A stretch of 56,058 nt of DNA, counting the filler, from Sphacelaria rigidula (lineage: Eukaryota), in the NCBI GenBank assembly GCA_964200075.2. It is 7 parts of 7 records of this genome, joined end to end, with 100 filler letters (N's around TTAATTAATTAA, not from the genome) between each part and the next. Parts side by side here need not be neighbours in the genome. Positions count along the whole stretch, not along the records: positions 48,138 to 56,058 come from CAXNAA020012967.1; 6 more parts are not named here. One strand, given 5' to 3'. Of this stretch, positions 48,697 through 56,058 are shown piece after piece. Made by a program: the position numbers and the translations under genes. Position 1 is the first letter of the stretch, and each line of letters opens with the position of its first letter. Under the pieces are notes generated by a model that worked only from the letters and a program-made list of their open reading frames with translations, ran no database searches and was not told where the DNA came from.

Positions 48697-49475
48697 GGAC
48701 GAGAGTGTTTGGGTTTCATTGGCTTCACCTGGTACGTCATGATACTTCCTCTGTCCCATAAGTGAAGTCCGTTATGATCACACGGACCCTTCACCGTGTC
48801 CAATGACGTCGGCGATATTTTTTCTAAAATCTTCGGGGGTTTTTCTCAGTTGAATCACGTCTTCTTCTTTTTTCTGTTCGCGCAGCAGGCGGCGTGCGCG
48901 AACGGCCGATGAACGATCAGTCGGCCCAGAGGTGGCTATATTTCGCCCCTTTTCCACAATACAGAGAAGGACCCCTGGGAGCCCGAAAAACGGCAAAAAT
49001 CGCGAAGAAAAAGCATAACCTGTTGCTCTTTTTCTCCGCCTCGTCGCTGGTATACGATAGCTACGCCTAGTCCGAAACCACTCGTTTACATTGCAGCCTT
49101 CAATTACTTTCATTACAAGCCAAATTCGTCGGAATTCGGTCGAAAATGTACAGATTGGACGGAATTTGGTCGAAATTTGGCCATGTTTGATCCAACGGTT
49201 CTAAGGTTATAGTAGTTTTTTTTTTCAGCGGCAATTTCCACAACTATATAGTTTTAACGAACCTAACCATAACGTCGTGAGCACCTCCGTTGGCGAAGTA
49301 CCGCCTATCCTCCATAACGGACTTTACTCATGAGACAAGGGAAGTACACCCATTGGAGTATGACGCACAATTCCACCCGTACGCCATGTACGCCGTCTCA
49401 TCTCACTTCTATACCTACACCCCCGCCCCGACACCCACACAACCACCCATATCCCCATTGTGGCGGCGCGCGCAG

Positions 49476-49960
49476 GCGGCGCTCGTCGGGCCTCGGGGGC
49501 GCAAGAACCACCACGGTCCGTCCTCGCCGTGGGGAGACCACCCTCGGGACGAGGAGGCGCCCGTCGAGGCTCAAGAACTGGCGCGACTACCAACGCGGCC
49601 GGTACTTCTGCTGCTCATGCTCCTGCTTCTGCTCTCGGCGGGAGACGAGGAGGGGGTGGTTCGTCAGTTTCGTCGTCGGAAAGCAGGAGCAAGGTAGGTC
49701 GACGGGTTGGGGGTCGAGAGGATGACGAGGTGCAGGCGGGGAGGAGTGGCGTGGCGCAGCATCGCGGGGAAGTGCAGTATGACTCGGTGACGGACGATTC
49801 TGGGTCGAGCTCGGAGAGCGGGAGTAGCTACATGACGTCTTCTGGGTATGATGACGACAGCTATGATGACGATGACGATTCTGCTTCGGATAATATCAAA
49901 GGCGGAGAGGAGGAGAGCCGTGCTTCGCTGTCCGTCTCGGGCGAAAGTGATGATTCTGAG
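49476..49960 (+). CDS. Exon A of multi-exon acidic/Ser/Gly-rich disordered protein (5' end of gene not defined)
   Basis: gcgcag| acceptor and open GC-rich frame ending ...SGESDDSE. Proposed non-canonical donor GAG|GCATGT keeps phase 0 with the next exon. Confidence 0.65.
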
Positions 49961-50527
49961 GCATGTGCTCGTGTGCTGCATAAAAGCATGCTGTATGTAC
50001 TAATTATATTTTGTGTGTATGTGTTTTTCTACAATTTTCGCCCAGATTTTCTCGGCGGCAAGGTTCACCATTACATTAAGATGTTCATCTATCCATAAAC
50101 GACGGGAATCCTGTCTGCATCTTCTTCATTCTCCTCCCCTTCTCGCCTTGTGGAGGAGGGAATGAATGCACAGAATTGCCCCAGTGGCAAAGCAAAAGAG
50201 AGTAGAACTTATATAGTGGCAGAATATGAAGTATACAAGGAAGAACGGGACGTGTTGGAGGGGGGAGAGTGGGAAGTAAACGAAGATGACATGAATTAAG
50301 TGAAAAAAACTGTCGCTATACTAGGGGGTGGATGTTGGCCACAGACGGCGATAGAGGAAGTGGAGGGTCTCCATTTGGAGTAGGAATGGTGCTCCGTCTC
50401 GAAAGGCATGCACGGTCAATGGCGAAACGACTGAGGCAAGCAGCGGATGAGTACGCCCCGCACTCTCCTCGCCCGAGTTTTCTTCGTTCACATGGTGCAA
50501 TGTTGTGCGTGTGTGTTTCTCTTTCAG

Positions 50528-50794
50528 GATGACGACTATGAGGATGATGACGACGATACGGACGAGAGTCACAATACATACTCGCAAGATTCCTCCACAT
50601 CTACCGACCATCGAACAGTGTCGGACATGGGGAGTTCCATTGCCGGTGTTGCTCACAAGCGAGTCACGATGGCGGGCGGCGAAGACAGTAGTGAGCGAAG
50701 CGAGACGAGGAAATCCCCAAATGAGGCGTCCTCGACAGATTTGGCAGTGATGAAAGCGATGTCGAAGGCGGATGCTGCTTTGGAAGCAGTGAAG
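50528..50794 (+). CDS. Exon B (DDDYEDDDDD...ADAALEAVK)
   Basis: tctctttcag| ... AAG|GTTTGT, 267 nt, phase 0/0. Confidence 0.85.
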
Positions 50795-51423
50795 GTTTGT
50801 GGTTCCTATTTTGATGTAACAAGACGTTCGTTTGTTTTTTTTCGCTCGTTTTGTTTTTTGTTCCCTTTGTTGTTTAGTTTTGTTTCCTTCTGATTTTTGT
50901 TCTATCCCTCTTGTGCCGCCCTTGAGGGTCGGGGTGTACTCTACCTAGTTTGCTGTTTGGTACATATGTACATATTTTCATCTTGTTTGGTGCACATGCA
51001 CAGAGCAGGGTACCCCCGGTTCACCTCCCTTGCTGTGTACACATGTACTTATCTTTATCATGTTGGGTACATATGTGCATACATTCACTTGCCTTGCTAA
51101 GTACGCATGCACTAAAATCTAGGGCATGTCCGATTATTTCCGAAGTCCTGACTTTTATTCTTACCGCCGCTTGTATGGGAAAGTGACGACTTAGACTCGA
51201 ACTTCCACGCCTAAGTTCGAGAAGGGAGGGATGACTCAGAACGTGTCTTAGCGCACCATTTTTCGATCGAAAACGTGCGGTGAAGAATCAAAATATTGTA
51301 TCTGACATATCGTGATATCAAAGTAACATACAGGAGCTCTGGGGATCATAATAACCCCAACCTGTTCTTTGACCTGGCACTACGGTACGTTGTGATCCAT
51401 CATATATGCCTGTGCCACGTCAG

Positions 51424-51533
51424 AAGATGGAAAAAAGCGCAGAGGCATCGAAGCCGGCGGGGACAGCAAGCCCAGCGAGGAAAACTTTCCTGGCGGAGCA
51501 GCCGATAGGGTCGCTGCTGCTGGACTTTGATAG
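51424..51533 (+). CDS. Exon C (KMEKSAEASK...GSLLLDFD|S)
   Basis: gtcag| ... AG|GTGCGT, 110 nt, phase 0/2. Confidence 0.8.
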
Positions 51534-52398
51534 GTGCGTCTTCGCGGGCTGCTGTTGCATGCGACTCGAGGGGCGGGGTGGGGCGAAAAGATTGATCCCA
51601 CAGAGTTTTGCGATTTTCTTATGTAGAAACTTTCGTATAATAGGCAAGTCATGAAGGACTTCGAAACTTTCCCCGTGCACCCGAAGACTTCGGTGATACG
51701 ATCGGACGCTATGATTGATTTTCTTACCTAGGACCCCGACATTTCGGGTATCGAAATCCAAATTTGTATGGCGTGTAGTAGTTGTCAATAGCTACCAGCA
51801 AGTGAAGAAATGGAAGCATACTTCGAAGATTTGGTGTGGATGCGAAGATTTTAATTCTTCTCCGGGTTTCTCATCCTCAATAAAAACATCCATCCTCGAT
51901 TTGTAAAATCCCGTGTTTTTAGCCCACACCGCGATCTTGCAATTTTTTGTCGACATATTCTCCGATATCAGTGTTCGACGTTCGGGTCACCACCGGGAGG
52001 GTGCACAAGATATATTTCAGGTTAAAATTATTTATACTAGAAGGGTCGTCACACGAAGTATCGTTGCGTTCCAACCACCAAATAAATCTACGATTTCTGA
52101 AGCCTGACATATCCTCGAAAGGGAGGGGAAAAGTTGGCCGCCGGTCGAGCACGCCTGCAGGCATTTTTTGCGCTAATATTCCACGTACCTGAGTTGCGCG
52201 TATGTGGGATGAAATGCTGAAAACAAAGTCAAAGGATGGATTCTTGAGGTACGAATCGACTAAAATGAAAGCAAGAGATTTTCAGACGAATCAATATTCA
52301 TCCGACCCTACTCGTACACTTTCGGGAAACCTGTATCTCATCCAAGGAAACGAGCTATGGCGTATGTGAGAGCATGCCACGACTGACATTCCAACGGC

Positions 52399-52645
52399 CT
52401 GGGGCTATTTCTTCCGGGTTGATTTAAAAAACGGGAATGCCTGATGTGACGTTTAAAATAAAATACGTCACGTTACGTCACGTCACGTCACATTTTTTCA
52501 CCGGTACGTTACTTCACGTCACATTTGTGACGTATTCGAAAAATTTACATTACGTTACGCCACACCCTTGTGACGTTACGTTTGTGACGTGTAACGTACG
52601 TGTGACGTATACCCTAACGAGCCATGATATTTTTCGTAGCCCCTG
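52399..52645. mobile_element. Small element with GGGGCTA/TAGCCCC ends and dense ACGTCAC/GTGACGT motifs
   Basis: More than ten ACGT-cored motifs in both orientations between short inverted ends. Confidence 0.5.
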
Positions 52646-53142
52646 ATTTTGGAAGCCCCTCCATGAGAATTATCTGGGCCTAACTGTACTGTGCAACCCC
52701 TCTACTGTAATATCCCTGGTTCTTGTCAGACCAGCTTTTACGTGATTCCTTGGTATGCTCGTAAGTAGTTGACTGGGTTTGTTTGACGAGAGTTTACGCG
52801 GTGCGGGGATGCTGATAGTCATGACCCAATCCGCGAGACCAAAATGCAAGGCGTCTACCAGGGAGAGATGGATTGATCCCTTGAGACCACGGATTCGTCC
52901 CGAGGAAGTGTAGGGGTTTAGAGTGCGACATATTAATAAAAAAAAATACTCCGTCGTAAATAACTTGCAGGAGTTGGCGGTATGGCACTATTTTTGATGA
53001 ATCAGTGACATGATGATGATACGGAAGCGATACTATGTTCCGTGGTGACAGGTATATCGAGTATCATTCCCTTCTTTTTGTTTTGTTGCACTCACTCATC
53101 GTGCAGTATAGGATTTTGGGATGTATCGCTGCCCTTGTATGA

Positions 53143-53522
53143 ATCACTCTACGCACATTTTTACTTCATTTGTTTTTATATTTCTCTGATTCTTTGGTTT
53201 TTCGTTTTGCACTCTTTTTTTTCTTCTTCTCTCTCCCTCTCTTTTTTAAGTCAGCGATGGGGACGGATCACTTCACGTACATTTTTACTTCCTCTATTCA
53301 TATATTTCTCTGATTCTCTGGTTTTCTGTTTTGCACTCTTTTTTCTCCTTCTTCTCTCTCTCTTTATTATTATTTTTCACGTCAGCGATGGGGACGGATC
53401 ACTCCACGTACATTTTTACTTGGTTTATTTATAAATTCCTCTGATTCTCTGTTTTTTGTTTTGCACTCTTTTTTTATCCTTTTTTTGTTTTTCTTTGCTC
53501 TTTTATGTCAGCGATGGGGACG
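53143..53522 (+). repeat. Triplicated intron 3' end including splice acceptor (~130-bp unit)
   Basis: GTCAGCGATGGGGACG with AG at 53253-54, 53384-85 and 53510-11, each preceded by CTCTGATTCT...TTTTGCACTCTT and a pyrimidine tract. Confidence 0.9.
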
Positions 53523-53788
53523 ACGATGACGAACCTGTTCGACGTCACACAGAGAGAGTTCTCCTAGACGACGCAGATCCACGACACGCAGGCACCGGTC
53601 GAACTGGCGGGGGAGCAAGACAGCCAAGTACGTCTAGATCAAAGGAAGCAGCAGCAGCAGGTCAGACCGACACTGGGGCAGGAGCCAAGTTGGGGGGGGC
53701 AAAGACGACCACGATGGGGTCAAATGCAAGCGATTTGATGATCGGCGGAGGGCGGCAGGCCTTGCGCCCTTCATCCACGTCTACTCAG
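53512..53788 (+). CDS. Exon D (DGDDDDEPVRRH...RPSSTSTQ)
   Basis: ttttatgtcag| ... CAG|GTGGGG, 277 nt, phase 2/0; completes the Ser codon from exon C. Confidence 0.8.
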
Positions 53789-55785
53789 GTGGGGTACTGC
53801 TGTGTGGGGTCCGGTATTGTGGTGAATACTGGAAAGGGTGTGTTGTGTAGGGTGAACACCCGGGTATTTAGTCTCCCAAATTTCGTGTTGCGATGGTCCG
53901 ATCTCTAAACTCTTCCCAAATATATTGGGCAAAATGAAGTACGACCTCATTACTCTATACCCAATATCTGGGTATTGCTAAGTACCATTTCAATATCTGG
54001 GTATTCGAAATACGATATTTCGAAATGGCCAAACGTAGGAAAGGTCTGATTGATTGACTGATTGTCGCACTTTAACTGACCCCCCAGGGGTCCAACCGTG
54101 GTCTCGTGATGGACGTACCCAAGAAAAACGAAACTGAAACACGCTCTGATTAAAAGGAGTAGGGAAAAAGAAAAAAATATCGAACAGAACGACATAGCAG
54201 ACCAAGTCGTAACAAAAAAGAAAGTGAAAAAAAGTCAACACAAGCAAAGCACAGCACAGATCCCCACCTATAAATAACATTCTACCCAATATATGGCTAT
54301 TGTCAAGTACGATCTCAATACTCTGCACGAGTTTTGGGTACTCTGTAAGATTTTTTTCAATACCTAAATCTAGGGAAAACTCACTACCTTAACTAACACC
54401 CGACATCCTTGAGACTGTTCCTCCGGCAGGGTACAGGTACGTTTCCTCTGCAGTCAGTACACCTCCGGGGATAGAATGCAGTAGTGCAGATTGTTCCTTG
54501 CCGCCGCGCTCGGGTGGTTTATAATGGTGTCAATCAGATGGTTTGAATCGAACCATTTAAATGAAACCGTGACACCGAAATAATTGATTATAGACGGTAC
54601 TTTACTTTAGGCCCCAGGGATACAGCCGTGGTCACGTGATGGTCACGTGATGGACGTGTACCCGGGATAGAACAAAACTGATACATTGGCTGAAAAAAAA
54701 GTGGAGAAAAACCGAACAGGCACACTCATATAACAAACCGAGTAGACGAAGGAAAACAATCAAGAGAAACAAAAGATGGGTTCGATTCCCGGCAGGCCCG
54801 TTTTTTTTTTTTTTTTTAAGAAAAAAAAAAAAAAGAGAAACAAAATACGCGCTCGGTTTTTTTTTTTGCTGGGCAACTGTTGTTGTTTGTTGTTNNNNNN
54901 NNNAAAAAAAGAGACCAGGGAAACAAAAAAACCCCATTTTTTTTTTAAAAAAAAAAAAAAAAAAAAAAAGAGAAACAAAATACGCGCTCGGTTTTTTTCT
55001 CGGCAGGTCCACTTTTTTTGTGTGTTTTCTCTTTTTTCTGAGGAGTACGAGTACCTGATTCCCCTCGATGGAACAATGAGTGTGTGTGACTGAACGTCAA
55101 CGTGACTTCACCAACAGATGAACTGCGTCTGGCTGAATCCTTTCAAGGGTCGGATGAATCAATAATTTGTCCGTAAACAATATGATTTTGGTGTAATTGA
55201 TTCGTCCCGTACGAATCAATCCTTGGGCTTTGTTTTCAGCGTTGCAACCCAGGTACGCGCAGCGCAGGCACGTGCAATGGCGCAAAAGTTGCGTGGAGAT
55301 CTGCTTGATGAGCGGTTGACTTTTTTTTTTCTCTTTTTTGAGCAATCAGGCCTACGGAATCGTGAATTTGGTGATTCGAACCGGCGATGATTCGTCTGAA
55401 CCGTGAATCCTTTCAAAAACGGAGGTTCGTAGTGAGCTGCAGTGTGTCCTCATGTGGGATTGTAGAGACCCGAAACGTTTTTACAATGCCTCGAACTCAC
55501 ATACCTTGTTGGTTAATTGATCAATGTTGGTTGATTGATCCAACTTTGCACCCTGGGCAACACAAACTACAGTATTGAGAAAATTGTACTGCGTTCAATA
55601 TGGAATCCATTGTCCATCGCAAAAAATACACGATAATAGTCGATACTGCACCCGGTACACTTTTTTGCTTTTATTCTTTATTTTTCACGTTTTTTTTTTG
55701 TCTTCCATTTTTACGAAGATTCGTGGCGCATTGACGCAAGACTTGTTTTCGATCATCCCCACGCCACTCTGACTTTGTTTTGCAG

Positions 55786-55887
55786 ATGGCAACTCCGGAC
55801 ATGCTCACCTCTGGCGGATCTCCGGCAGCAGCTGGTCGAGACGCATCTCGCAGGCAGTCGAGGAGTTCAGGCCGCGGCTCTTCTCAG
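55786..55887 (+). CDS. Exon E (MATPDMLTSGG...SGRGSSQ); gene continues beyond contig
   Basis: ctttgttttgcag| ... CAG|GTGAGT, 102 nt, phase 0/0. Confidence 0.8.
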
Positions 55888-56058
55888 GTGAGTCATTGAT
55901 CGATTGAAGGAGTGCGAGCTTTGAAAGCCAACAACCCCGTTTTGGCACGAGAGGGAGGAAATGCGCTACCTCAATTTTACAAGGTTCGGACAAATAATGA
56001 CTCGTCTGAAAATTACTTGGTTTTAGTATGATGAGTCGACTCGTGACGAATCAAACCC

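Noticed and set aside
54795..55010. Duplication of AAGAGAAACAAAATACGCGCTCGGTTTTT around a small gap
   Set aside because: It straddles an N gap and is most likely an unmerged overlap.

Overview
Eukaryotic, intron- and transposon-rich DNA, most consistent with a brown alga (Phaeophyceae). That assignment is an inference from splice-site style, long TE-filled introns and repeat types. The window is not one locus. It is seven unrelated contigs of 7924, 7923, 7923, 7923, 7922, 7922 and 7921 bp, concatenated in size order with 100-nt N44-TTAATTAATTAA-N44 spacers. Contig 1: a decayed Ty1/copia retrotransposon whose RT core is deleted. Contig 3: a 660-aa disordered ORF beginning with an MxLRSG(R) motif. 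Contig 4: a thioredoxin (WCGPC) domain split over two small exons by a 5.5-kb intron, missed by the ORF track. Contig 5: the first exon of an ARV1-like gene. Contig 6: a probable UCH37/UCHL5-like C-terminal exon. Contig 7: five in-phase exons of an acidic/Ser-rich protein. Repeats include a tRNA-derived SINE family, (CAAT)n-tailed LINE-like 3' ends, many MITE/foldback families (PIF/Harbinger-, Tc1/mariner-, hAT- and piggyBac-like), and a family carrying telomere-like CCCTAA motifs. I found no prokaryote-type system (CRISPR, operon, defence island). The best leads are the MxLRSG protein, a Harbinger-bounded element carrying twin CAG/CTG hairpins, and two cases of tandemly duplicated splice sites.
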